DNA of 64,000 nucleotides from an uncultured delta proteobacterium (GCA_963808235.1 CAWEEQ010000004.1:1120001-1184000); one strand, 5' to 3'. Shown: positions 9,242-18,795, numbered from the stretch's first letter. Notes: generated by a model not told the origin, from the letters alone. Program-made: numbers and translations.

Positions 9242-10465
9242 ATGCCCCGCGTCTCAGTAATCATCCCGGTCCACAACGGCGCCCGCACCGTCGCCGCCGC
9301 GCTCGACAGCGTACTCGCGCAGACCTTCACCGACTACGAGATCATCGCGATTGACAACAACTCAACCGACGCGAGCCGCGAGGTGCTCGCGCGCTACGCC
9401 GACAAGGTGAAAATCCTCGAGGAACCAAAACGCGGCCCCTCCGCGACTCGCAACACCGGCGTGCGCGCGTCGTCGGGCGAGTACCTCGCCTTCCTCGACG
9501 CCGACGATTGGTGGCGGCCCACGATACTCGAGCGCACGGTCGAAGTCCTCGACCGCGACCCCGAATGCGCGCTTGTGTACACCGATCTCGCGCTCGCCGA
9601 CAGCACCGGCCGCGAGCAGATGGCTTCGCTCGCCGGCAACAGCCATCCCCCGACCGTCGATGACATGCTCAAACAGTTATGGCCGATTCTACCCAGCGGA
9701 GTCCTGATGCGCCGGCGCGCGTTCGATCTCGCCGGCGGTTTTCCCGAGGATCTGATCGCATTCGAGGACGTCTACCTCTGGCTCCGCGCCCGCGAGCACG
9801 GAACCTTTCAGTATCTGCCCGAGCCGCTTGCAGTATGGCGCTTCGCACTATTTCCGGATCCCCTGAAACCCGCAGGAGGCCAGGACGAAGCAGGCATAAT
9901 CTTCGAGCAGATGGTCCGCGAGCGCTACCACACCGAAGCGCATCACCACGTGCTCGCTCGTCGACGCGCTCCCCGCAGCATCCTCGGCTACATCGGCCTC
10001 CGCGCCCTAAGAGAGGGCGATCGATCGTTAGCGCGTAGCAGTTTCGCCCGCGCAATCCGCATCGACCCACTAAGAATCAAAAACTATTTGCGATTCTCAA
10101 GAACTCTGCTGCCAGAGGCGATCGCGCGAGCCCTCAGCGGCCGCTCGCGCAGCGAGTCCGCCGCCGACGAGCGGCCATCGCGTCACCTTTGGCTATGGGG
10201 GCTATTGACACTGTTTATCTTCATTCTCGGTCAGCACTACTTAAGACCAACGGACTTTGGAGTCTTCAAGGACCTGTTTGCAATGGGGTTCGGACTGCTC
10301 TGCGCGATTCGCAACGAGGACGCGGCAAGGCAAGCCGCTCAACCAAATAAGTGGCTCGGGCGCAAAGATACTTCCGATAAGATTCCCCTGTACAGGTGGG
10401 CATACGCCGTTGGCGGCGTGTTTTTTGTGATTTTTGGAGTAGTCGATCTTTTCTTCAGGCTCTGA
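9242..10465 (+). CDS. GT2 glycosyltransferase with an extra C-terminal membrane region
   Basis: VSVIIPVHN, IDNNSTD, LAFLDADD, FEDVYLWLR; about 90-aa tail with three hydrophobic segments. Confidence 0.88.
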   Translation: MPRVSVIIPVHNGARTVAAALDSVLAQTFTDYEIIAIDNNSTDASREVLARYADKVKILEEPKRGPSATRNTGVRASSGEYLAFLDADDWWRPTILERTVEVLDRDPECALVYTDLALADSTGREQMASLAGNSHPPTVDDMLKQLWPILPSGVLMRRRAFDLAGGFPEDLIAFEDVYLWLRAREHGTFQYLPEPLAVWRFALFPDPLKPAGGQDEAGIIFEQMVRERYHTEAHHHVLARRRAPRSILGYIGLRALREGDRSLARSSFARAIRIDPLRIKNYLRFSRTLLPEAIARALSGRSRSESAADERPSRHLWLWGLLTLFIFILGQHYLRPTDFGVFKDLFAMGFGLLCAIRNEDAARQAAQPNKWLGRKDTSDKIPLYRWAYAVGGVFFVIFGVVDLFFRL

Positions 10466-10520
10466 TCGAGAAAGTAATCGCGCACTGAGCGGCCGCACCC
10501 GCTAGCCGGAGTTTCACTTT

Positions 10521-10982
10521 TCACATCTTGCCGCCGGCATGCACGGCCGGAATCTCCTCTCGAACCGTCAAGACTGGGCACGTTGCTTTGCGCACCACCG
10601 CTTCGGTAACGCTGCCTAGAAACATGCGCGCAAGGCCTCTCCGACCATGCGTCGCCATCACGAGCAAGTCGGGCTGAAGCTTGGCCTGCGCCGCGAGGAT
10701 CGAGGCGATCACGTCGCCAGTGTAGACATGCGCTTCATGCTTCAACCCGCCGAGTTTCTGCTTCGCGATGTCGGCCAGCTTTGCTTGTGCGTCTTTTTCC
10801 TGATCCTCGTAAAGCGCCATCGGCGGGGGGACTTCGCCGAGCGCAACGATCAACGGCAGCACGTGCACCAGTACGATGCTGCTTTTGAGGTGTCGCGCGA
10901 TCTCGACTGCCTTGTCGAGGGCAGCGAGCGAGTTCTCGTCGAAGTCGACCGGACAGAGAATCGTTTTGTACGGGAATGCCAC
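10521..10982 (-). CDS. Universal stress protein (UspA family)
   Basis: YKTILCPVDF, DLLVMATHGRRG..LGSVTEAVVRKATCPVLTV. Confidence 0.93.
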   Translation of the reverse strand: MAFPYKTILCPVDFDENSLAALDKAVEIARHLKSSIVLVHVLPLIVALGEVPPPMALYEDQEKDAQAKLADIAKQKLGGLKHEAHVYTGDVIASILAAQAKLQPDLLVMATHGRRGLARMFLGSVTEAVVRKATCPVLTVREEIPAVHAGGKM

Positions 10983-11073
10983 AGTTTAAAGTACCTCCAT
11001 CCAAGCGGTAACAATATTTTGCAATCGGCGCCCTCAATTGACAATAAAGCCGGGAATACTGACACTTGCCGTC

Positions 11074-11658
11074 ATGCGATTGGCTGCCATCTGCTTCTTG
11101 ATGTCCGCGTTGATCCCCTCAGTGAGCCTGGCGCAGGATGTTCCTGTTTTTGTGATCACCCCGGTAGAAAGCTCGATTAAGTTCGACGTCCAGGCCTCGG
11201 TGGCTATCGACGGCAAGTTCGACAAATGGAACGCCACCCTGAAATTCGCGTCTCCAGACGTGACCACAGGAGTTCTGAACGTCGAGATTCAGGCTGCCAC
11301 CGTGGATACCGGAAGCGGATTGAAGAACGGCAAGCTGAAGGGTCCGGACTTCTTCGATGTCGTCCAGAATCCATTGATCACTTTCAAATCAACGAAACTC
11401 GTACCGACTGGTCCCAACCTCTTCCAAGTGTATGGCAACTTCACGATCCGCGGAGTTACAAGATCCGAGCAGCTTGCACTTACCGTGTCCGGCAAGGGGA
11501 CCGGCTCAGGCACGATTAGCGGGACACTGTACTTCGACCGTAAGGACTACGGGATGAACAGCGGCATCCCTTTCATCAAAATCGCTAACCGCGTCGAGGT
11601 GACCGTCGCCCTCAAGGGAACGCGAGTAAGCGGTCCTCCGTTGGTCTTCAAGCAGTAG
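11074..11658 (+). CDS. YceI-family lipid/polyisoprenoid-binding protein
   Basis: Signal peptide; SSIKF, ATVDTG, LKGPDFFDV..P.ITFKS, GNFTIRGVT, DRKDYGM. Alternative start at 11038. Confidence 0.88.
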   Translation: MRLAAICFLMSALIPSVSLAQDVPVFVITPVESSIKFDVQASVAIDGKFDKWNATLKFASPDVTTGVLNVEIQAATVDTGSGLKNGKLKGPDFFDVVQNPLITFKSTKLVPTGPNLFQVYGNFTIRGVTRSEQLALTVSGKGTGSGTISGTLYFDRKDYGMNSGIPFIKIANRVEVTVALKGTRVSGPPLVFKQ

Positions 11659-12128
11659 CCGGCCGGTTAGAAGTGCGTTCGCCGAACGCCCCGTCCTATC
11701 ATCCTTGTATGTCGTTGATGAAGCGGAAATGAATGGAGCGGAAGGAAGGCCCTCGGACTTCGCGCCCATCTGTCATCCTGACCTACGCTCGCGGACGCGA
11801 GCGGAGCGGACATGGCTCCTGGCCTCCGGACAGCTTCGCGCCAGCGAAGCCGGTTCCGGTTTCGAGTCGCCGCATCCCAATGCTGAAAAAACCTCGCCCC
11901 AGTTCGGATGTCGCGTTCCGCGCCACCCGTTACTTGCCTCTCCCGCTTTGTTGCGGAAGAGGCCGCGCCACACGCGCGGGTGAGGGTGACCTTTTACGGG
12001 CGAGGCGGCCGGCCGCTCAGCGGCCGGTAGGTGATGGTGCCGCCGACCCAAGCAATCCGCCTGACAGCGCACACCACCACCGGCGCTCTCTCTCCTTCCT
12101 GAAATAGCCTCAGCGGTCTGAGGCCTTA

Positions 12129-13319
12129 TCAGACCTGAGTTTTCACCCACGACGACTCTGCCCGCGGGAGCGAGCGTACCGATCGCCATTCCATTTCCTT
12201 GGCCTCCGCTTCGACTTTGCCTTCGGCGATCCCCTTCTGATGAATTGCTTCAAGCCCGGCAACTTCCCGATCCACCGTCAGGACATACGGAGCCACCTGC
12301 TCGAATGCCTCTGGCGCGACGAAGATCGGCGCGCCTGCGCGCAATGCAAGCGAGATGGCGTCGCTCGGGCGCGCGTCAACCTCGGAGGTCCCGCCCCTGG
12401 CATCGATCCACATGGTTGCGATGAAGGTTTTCCCGCGGAGCCCGACCACCGCCACCTTCTCGATCTTCATCTCGCCGACCTCGAGCAATCGCGCGGTCAA
12501 ATCGAACGTCGTCGGCCTCACCACCGCGATGTTGGCAAGCAGCATCGCGATGATGTCCCCCTCGCCGGCTCCGACCCAGATGGGCAGGACCCGATTGCCC
12601 GAGCGCTCCTTCAGCAGGATGACTCTGGTGAAGCCGAGTTTGTAGTCTTTGCCATCAGCCAGCCATTTCGCTTCCTCGTTCTTGGGCGAGCGTGCCACGA
12701 CGTCGTCTACAGTTACTTCGATCATGGAATCTCCTCCTCTTCGTTCGCGATTCGGCGCGAGCCCGATTTCAGATTCGAGCACGATCCGTAGTCGCTCTCG
12801 CGCGCGATGAATACGAGCCTTGACCGTGCCGAGCGGCACTTCGATCAACACCGCGATCTCGCCCAGCTTGAGCCCTTCCACGTAGTGGAGACGGACGGCC
12901 TCCTGCATTTCCTTCGGTAGCGTGCCGACCGCGTCGGAGATCATACGGTGCAGCTCGCGGGCTTCCTGAACAAACTCCGCTGACGGCGCGGCGTCTTCGA
13001 GGCGGAAGCCGGCAATCGCGCGCCCACCATAGCGGTCGTCGAAGTATCCTTCGCGTCGGAGTCTGAGCCGCGTCCGGCATAGATTGATCACGATGCCAAG
13101 CAGCCATGGTTTGAAACGCTCCGGCGCGCGCAAGTCTTTGAGCGCGAGAAACGCACCGATGAGGGCGTCCTGTACAACATCCTCTGCATCTGCACGCATC
13201 ACCAGCCGCCGAGCAAAGGCGACCGCGCCCGCTCGATGGCGATCGATCAGGACTCCGAAGGCGGACTTATCGCCGGTCAGAACCCGCGCGATCAACTTGG
13301 CATCGTCATCAGCGACCAT
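12129..13319 (-). CDS. ECF sigma factor fused to a DUF151 (bifunctional DNase/RNase) domain
   Basis: Sigma2 (DAEDVVQD..FKPWLLGIVINLCR), sigma4 (EIA..VPLGTVKARIHRARERLR), then ILLKE..RVLPIWVG..RPTTFDL..DARPSDAISLAL. Confidence 0.88.
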   Translation of the reverse strand: MVADDDAKLIARVLTGDKSAFGVLIDRHRAGAVAFARRLVMRADAEDVVQDALIGAFLALKDLRAPERFKPWLLGIVINLCRTRLRLRREGYFDDRYGGRAIAGFRLEDAAPSAEFVQEARELHRMISDAVGTLPKEMQEAVRLHYVEGLKLGEIAVLIEVPLGTVKARIHRARERLRIVLESEIGLAPNRERRGGDSMIEVTVDDVVARSPKNEEAKWLADGKDYKLGFTRVILLKERSGNRVLPIWVGAGEGDIIAMLLANIAVVRPTTFDLTARLLEVGEMKIEKVAVVGLRGKTFIATMWIDARGGTSEVDARPSDAISLALRAGAPIFVAPEAFEQVAPYVLTVDREVAGLEAIHQKGIAEGKVEAEAKEMEWRSVRSLPRAESSWVKTQV

Positions 13320-13330
13320 ACTTCAATTAA

Positions 13331-13359
13331 TAGTCGTTTCCCGGCGGAAAAAGGTTGCA
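13331..13359 (-). promoter_or_regulatory. Putative autoregulatory ECF promoter TGCAAC-N17-CGACTA
   Basis: AAC/CG(A/T) ECF-type elements end 12 nt before the ATG of the ECF-DUF151 gene. Confidence 0.55.
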
Positions 13360-13628
13360 GTCGGAGGGGCCGTGCTTTTCCGAGACGACCGCTTGCGGCC
13401 GCGGCGGAGCGAACGCTCATCGACCTTGAGTTAGCAGAACCGCCGCGCGACCGACAAATGGCGGACACAGAATGGCGTAGCCTCGTCCGCTGATGTGTCT
13501 TCTTGTGTCGGAGGCGAACCGTAACCAAAATGGTCTCCCGCCGTTCTGTGATCAGCGTTGTTGAGATACGAGGCTTTGGCCGCGATGCCACAGTATTTGC
13601 GCTAGTAGCCGCGTTTGGAGGTCTTTCG

Positions 13629-14393
13629 ATGTCGAACCTACCGCTTACGCAGAATCAAATCGAAAAGAAGCTCACCGACGAGAACCTCGATGAGTTGTTG
13701 CACTTGTGGTGGGCTGAGCAGGGCGATGCCAAGCGCCGCGACTTGGAGTTGATCGCCTCAGCCATTCCCTTCTCTTCGAACGAAGGGTTGATTGTTCTCG
13801 ACTTGGGTTGCGGTCCCGGTGACGTCGGACGAGCTATTTGGTCGCGCTTCCCGCACTCACGCGTCGATTGCCTCGATCGCGACCTGTTTCTCATCTCGAT
13901 GTGTATCGGGCTGAACCGGCGCGAAGGCGTTCCGGGAAAGACCTTCGTACGCGACTTATCGAACAGCGACTGGTGCACTGGTCTGTCGCGGGATTACGAC
14001 GTAGTGGCAACCGCGAACGCGCTTCATTGGCTCGATGCTCGACGGGCAGGGGAGCTGTTCACGGAAGTCTTTCGAGCACTCCGTTCCGGCGGGGTATTTC
14101 TGTTCGTGGAGCCCGCCTGCGCGGAGAAGATATTCGCCCCGGGGTTTATCGAATGGAAGGCTAAGCAACCGGCCCGTTACGTTGCGGAGAATTGGGAACG
14201 ATTCTGGTCGCGGGCCAATGCCATCCTCGGCTACGATCATACGAAGCTGCTCGGCTCTCGCGATACGCCCCGGATCGGCGATGAGATGCCTGTCTCGGGC
14301 TGGATTCAACTTCTAAAGAACGCGGGTTTCGAATCGATCGACGTGCTTCTTCGCGATTCCGACGAGGTGATTCTGGCGGCCACAAAACGCTAG
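13629..14393 (+). CDS. Class I SAM-dependent methyltransferase
   Basis: GGAGG RBS; VLDLGCGPG, YDVVATANALHWL, LRSGGVFLFVE. Confidence 0.88.
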   Translation: MSNLPLTQNQIEKKLTDENLDELLHLWWAEQGDAKRRDLELIASAIPFSSNEGLIVLDLGCGPGDVGRAIWSRFPHSRVDCLDRDLFLISMCIGLNRREGVPGKTFVRDLSNSDWCTGLSRDYDVVATANALHWLDARRAGELFTEVFRALRSGGVFLFVEPACAEKIFAPGFIEWKAKQPARYVAENWERFWSRANAILGYDHTKLLGSRDTPRIGDEMPVSGWIQLLKNAGFESIDVLLRDSDEVILAATKR

Positions 14394-14550
14394 CCCTCGC
14401 CCACGAGGGCTAATCTTTCGACACGCCGAAAGCAAAAGACCGTCCGCGGGATTTTGCGATTGAATGGACACTGGGTGCAGGGGTCACCCCTGCCGCCCCG
14501 CGCGCAGCGGTCCTGAATCTCGACTTCTCTTCCGCTGAGCCGGCCCCGAA

Positions 14551-14573
14551 CCGAAACCCAGCGTGGGTTTCGG
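14551..14573. terminator. Hairpin between convergent genes
   Basis: CCGAAACCCA-GCG-TGGGTTTCGG, a perfect 10-bp stem with no clear U tract. Confidence 0.45.
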
Positions 14574-14587
14574 CTATCCTGCGGCTT

Positions 14588-15781
14588 CTATGCCTTCTGC
14601 ACGGCCGGCTTGCGGAACGTCCGGTAGCTCCGGCCTTCGGCCAGTCCGAACCGATTCAGCATCCGATAAACCGTGTAACGCGACACGCCCAGGAGCTCTG
14701 CCGCTCGATGGCAATTGCCCTGCGTCGCCTGCAGCGCCCGTATCAGCGCCAGCTTCGATGCCTCCCGGATTACCGCGTCGAGCGAGTAGGGCCAATCCTT
14801 ATCCGCGCGCGCCTCGGTATCTTCAGCCACGATCGGAGCGCCATCGGGGAGCACCGCATCGGCCGACTCCGTCAGCGTCGTTGGCGAGCTGCCGTCAGTA
14901 AGATGCATCGGCAGATCGTCGAGCGTGATTCGGTCCCCTTCGGTCATCAGGACCGCGCTCTCGAGCGCATGTCCAAGCTCGCGCACGTTGCCGGGCCATG
15001 GATGCGCGCATAGAGCGTCGAGCGCCGGGCGCGCAACCAGCTTAACGTCTTTCCCGAACAGCCGGTTGTAGTGCTCGATAAAATGCGCGACGAAAGCCGG
15101 AATAGCCTCACGACGTTCGCGAAGCGGCGGAACCAGGATTGCCGCCGCGTGCAGGCGATAGAAGAGGTCGTCGCGGAACTGGCCCGCCTTGACCATCGCG
15201 CGAAGATCGCGATTGGTCGCCGCGACCAGCCGGATATCGACCTTGTAGCTGTGCGACGAGCCGACCGGCTGAATCTCGTGCGTCTCAACCGCTCGCAACA
15301 GCTTGGGCTGAAGGCGCAGTGGCAGCTCGCCGATTTCGTCGAGAAACAGCGTGCCGCCGTTGGCCGAGCGGAAGTATCCGAGCGAATCTTCGCGCGCGTC
15401 GGTAAACGCTCCGCGCACGTGCCCGAACAGTTGCGATTCGGCCAGCGACTCGACCAGGTTGGAACAGTTGAAGGTTACGAACGGCCCCCCCGGTGCCGGG
15501 CCGAGCGTATGCAACGCGCGGGCAACCAGCTCTTTGCCGGTGCCCGACTCCCCGTTGATGAGGACGCTTGCTTTGTAGGGACTTAAGCGTGAAATGGTTT
15601 TCAGGACCTTGCGCACTTGCGCCGATCTCACCACCATCCCCCCAACCCGCTCCGATCCGAGCGCAAGATGCTCCAGGCTGAGCCATTCGCACGCGGCTGC
15701 CACCGGCTCTCCGCGATGACTCTGCATCGCGGCGGCCGGCGTTCCATTCGCCGTGTACTCTTGAGGACGCATCTTTGACAA
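14588..15781 (-). CDS. Sigma54-dependent activator (AAA+ plus Fis HTH) without an N-terminal sensor domain
   Basis: GESGTGKE, GAFTDA, LFLDEIGE, FRDDLFYRL, WPGNVREL, AAELLGVSR. Confidence 0.92.
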   Translation of the reverse strand: MSKMRPQEYTANGTPAAAMQSHRGEPVAAACEWLSLEHLALGSERVGGMVVRSAQVRKVLKTISRLSPYKASVLINGESGTGKELVARALHTLGPAPGGPFVTFNCSNLVESLAESQLFGHVRGAFTDAREDSLGYFRSANGGTLFLDEIGELPLRLQPKLLRAVETHEIQPVGSSHSYKVDIRLVAATNRDLRAMVKAGQFRDDLFYRLHAAAILVPPLRERREAIPAFVAHFIEHYNRLFGKDVKLVARPALDALCAHPWPGNVRELGHALESAVLMTEGDRITLDDLPMHLTDGSSPTTLTESADAVLPDGAPIVAEDTEARADKDWPYSLDAVIREASKLALIRALQATQGNCHRAAELLGVSRYTVYRMLNRFGLAEGRSYRTFRKPAVQKA

Positions 15782-16414
15782 CTCCCCCTGTCCTATCCTT
15801 GACCTACAGTCGGTAACTTATGTCTACCTACAGATTGTAGGGTCTGGGATATATTCGAGTAGTGGTCGATATGTCAAGCAGCACGAGGCAGATTTTAGCC
15901 TCTCCGTTATCCAAATGCGAGCGACGTTGCGTTCTATCATCTCCTGTTCGGCGCGTCTCCGGAGTGACAGCGGCATCTGCGGCCGCCCAATTGTGCTCGC
16001 GTTGCACAGTTCGCCAGCCGGATCGAACGGCGCTGCAGGCAGATCCGGGAATCGCATAAGTGCTTGAATAATCGAATGTTTTGCGCGACGAGCCGGATCG
16101 AGGTGCAGCGGCCGATACAAAAAGTAGGAATTTTTTGTTATTCCGGAGATAGGATTCGGGCCGGTCGGGCTGTGCGATACGATCAGATGATCAGACATAT
16201 TAGTCGGCAAAGCACATTGAGCGTCAGGGGCCACAAAAGAATTAACCATCATCTGATAGCATCTTTAAAGGCCTTATTGAAAGCGCTCAAGACATTTTCT
16301 ACCGGGATTCAGCAATTTTTCAGCAAACTCGTGCCGAGACTTGCCGAGATTTATGATAAGTCAGGCGCCTGATTCGGATAAGCGTGGAAGGTCCAATCGA
16401 CGGAGGAACATTGG

Positions 16415-16795
16415 ATGAGAATCGTCACGATCGTCGCTCGTATTCTTTTGGGTTTGGTTTTCCTGATCTTCGGACTGAATGGATTTTTTCATTTCATGCC
16501 GAATCCGCCGCCGACGCCCGCAGCCGGCGCGTTTTTCGGCGCGCTCTTCGCGACCGGATACATGTTCGGGCTGATCTTCGGCGCCCAGGTAATCGGAGGG
16601 GCGTTGTTGCTGCTCGGCCTGATGGTTCCGTTCGCGCTGATGATACTCGCGCCGGTAATCGTGAACATCATCGCCTTTCACATTTTTCTGTCGCCGGTTC
16701 CAATGCAACTGGTGATCGCCTTCATCGTCACCGCGCTCTGGCTGATCCTGGCCTGGAACTATCGCGCCGCATTCGCGCCGCTGTTCAAAACATGA
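16415..16795 (+). CDS. DoxX-family membrane protein
   Basis: GGAGG RBS; ARILLGLVFLIFGLNGF; four TM segments; PVIVNIIAFH. Confidence 0.8.
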   Translation: MRIVTIVARILLGLVFLIFGLNGFFHFMPNPPPTPAAGAFFGALFATGYMFGLIFGAQVIGGALLLLGLMVPFALMILAPVIVNIIAFHIFLSPVPMQLVIAFIVTALWLILAWNYRAAFAPLFKT

Positions 16796-16845
16796 CGACT
16801 ATTTCCAATGCTTTGAATTCTCTGTAAGCATTGAAATCCTCGGGA

Positions 16846-16918
16846 GAGCCGTTAGCTCAGGTGGTAGAGCATGTGACTTTTAATCACAGGGTCCCGGGTT
16901 CAAGTCCCGGACGGCTCA
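16846..16918 (+). tRNA. tRNA-Lys (anticodon UUU), CCA not encoded
   Basis: Acceptor GAGCCGT/ACGGCTC; D-arm TAGCTCAGGTGGTAGAGC; anticodon arm TGTGA-CTTTTAA-TCACA; T-arm CCGGG-TTCAAGT-CCCGG. Confidence 0.96.
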
Positions 16919-16970
16919 CGAATTTCACACCACGGGGAGAACGACCAGGCGCACTTGAGACTCCGGCCGC

Positions 16971-18131
16971 CTACGCCGCCAGCCGCAGGCCCGCGACGAT
17001 CGTCCTGCGGATCGCGAACCAGCCCGGAACCAACGCGCTCAATACTCCCACCAACCACGCAAGACCGATCCCGAGCGGTATGATCGCTTTGCTCATCGGC
17101 AGCGGTACGTTCACGCCGGGGAGCGAGGGCGCATAACGCCCCAGTACCAGCCAGGTGATCAGGCCTCCGAGAATCCCGCCGGCGATCGCTACGAGCGAGG
17201 CTTCCGATACCAGATAGACCAGCACGCTACCCGGGCGAAATCCGATCGCCCGCATCACCGCGAGTTCGCGACCACGTTCTCGAATCGACATCGCCGCGGT
17301 GTTGGCCGCCACCAGGGTAACTACTCCTACGACGATCACGCCGAGGACCGCTGCCAGCGTGAAGATCGACGCGAGGCTGCTGAAGACGTTGCGCGTGAAT
17401 TGTCCTTCTGCGTCGGTCTTCGTCTGATGCTCGGAGTTTGAGAACGTCTCATCGATCGAAGCGATCACCGGGTCGATCGAAGAAAGGCTATCTGTCTCGG
17501 CCCAGATGAGCGTCACCAACCCGGGATTGCCTTTGAGAGATTCAAAGTAGTCGCGGCGGAACACCAACATGTTCAGGGGGCCGGTGGACGAGGGTCCCGG
17601 ATGCAATTCGCCTACAATCCGCACCGGGACGTCGAGGGTCGGGAGCGTACCGCGCACGATGATCTGCTGGCCGAGATGCCATCGGTGACGACGCATCAGG
17701 TCGGGGCCGACCAGCGCCGCCGTCCTTTGATGTTCGAATGCTGCCGCCGCGGAGCTTGAGACGCCCCATTCCGGCCAAAGTTCGTGCATGTCGACTGGAT
17801 CGACTGCATAGCTGAGAAACTGATCCGAGGCGCCGGCGAACTGAGAGGGCATAAATTCCCACGCCTGCACGACCTTGACGTGCGGCAGCACGGAAATCTT
17901 CCGTGTGTAGGACTCAGGCAGCCAGTACGTCATCCCCGCGGCGTTGCTGCAGACCAGCCGGCGCGAGCCCGCACTGCCGCGCATCAGGAGCGCGGGAATC
18001 TCCGCGATGCTCGCAAGGCCGCAGAACATGAAGATCGAGATTGCGATCGAGAGGGCGGTAAGGATATTGCGTCGGCGATTGCGGCGCAGGTTTCTCCAGA
18101 TGAGCCAAATGAATTTCACGATTGCCGCCAC
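16971..18131 (-). CDS. MacB/FtsX-family ABC transporter permease (orphan)
   Basis: WRNLRRNRRRNILTALSIAI, a large periplasmic domain, NTAAMSIRERGRELAVMRAIGF, three C-terminal TMs. Confidence 0.88.
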   Translation of the reverse strand: MAAIVKFIWLIWRNLRRNRRRNILTALSIAISIFMFCGLASIAEIPALLMRGSAGSRRLVCSNAAGMTYWLPESYTRKISVLPHVKVVQAWEFMPSQFAGASDQFLSYAVDPVDMHELWPEWGVSSSAAAAFEHQRTAALVGPDLMRRHRWHLGQQIIVRGTLPTLDVPVRIVGELHPGPSSTGPLNMLVFRRDYFESLKGNPGLVTLIWAETDSLSSIDPVIASIDETFSNSEHQTKTDAEGQFTRNVFSSLASIFTLAAVLGVIVVGVVTLVAANTAAMSIRERGRELAVMRAIGFRPGSVLVYLVSEASLVAIAGGILGGLITWLVLGRYAPSLPGVNVPLPMSKAIIPLGIGLAWLVGVLSALVPGWFAIRRTIVAGLRLAA

Positions 18132-18261
18132 TGGATCATGGGATCATGGCGACCCCAGGGACAAGAGGCAGCTGCGTGCGCGCTCCGCAAGGACGAAAAA
18201 TTTTCTTTCGCTCCGCTGCTACGCATATCGTTTCGGATTCCGAAGGCACATAATCGCCGAC

Positions 18262-18795
18262 ATGGACGACGACCAGCTGAATATTCTTCTCGAAAAGGTG
18301 GCCACAGCTTGGCACGATGTAATGGCGCTCTACGGTCACGCGATGCTCAGTGCGCAAGTTCTCGAAGGCGAGCTAGTTTGGGTATTGGGGGCTCTGCGAA
18401 CAAAAATCGGCGAACTCAAGGACAACGATTTCGATTGGGCGTATGAACAAATGCGGCGGGCCAAACCGCTTGATCTGTTGAATTTGATTCGAGGAAGTGG
18501 AGGCAATCTTTCGGCGGATAATCTGGAAGTCATCTGCAAGGCTATTCGCGCAAGAAATTTTCTCGCCCACAGATTCTTTCATCAATACAGTCCCATAACG
18601 GGCGTGCTGAAAAGTCGGCAGTGCGCTACAAAGCTCCGAAAGATCAAGTCAGAACTCGAGGCTGCCCACAGCCTCCTCCTACCCCTTCGACTGAAACTGG
18701 AAGGAGAGCTTGGCCACTCAGAGGAACTAAAGGCGATTGATGACGACTTTTGGAAACGAGCCACACAAGCGATTCTGTCGTTTGACGAGGAGTAG
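18262..18795 (+). CDS. Hypothetical helical protein with an RxxxxH (HEPN-like) motif
   Basis: G.AM..AQVLE helix followed by IRARNFLAHRFF; visibly AT-richer than flanking core genes. Confidence 0.65.
   Translation: MDDDQLNILLEKVATAWHDVMALYGHAMLSAQVLEGELVWVLGALRTKIGELKDNDFDWAYEQMRRAKPLDLLNLIRGSGGNLSADNLEVICKAIRARNFLAHRFFHQYSPITGVLKSRQCATKLRKIKSELEAAHSLLLPLRLKLEGELGHSEELKAIDDDFWKRATQAILSFDEE

Noticed and set aside
16322-16337. Minus-strand CGGCACGAGTTTGCT, sigma54-like, upstream of the activator gene
   Set aside because: GG-to-GC spacing is 9 nt rather than the required 10.
15790-16400. ORFs 15824-16252, 15862-16059 and 16064-16372
   Set aside because: No recognisable motifs or RBS and atypical composition; more likely a regulatory intergenic region.
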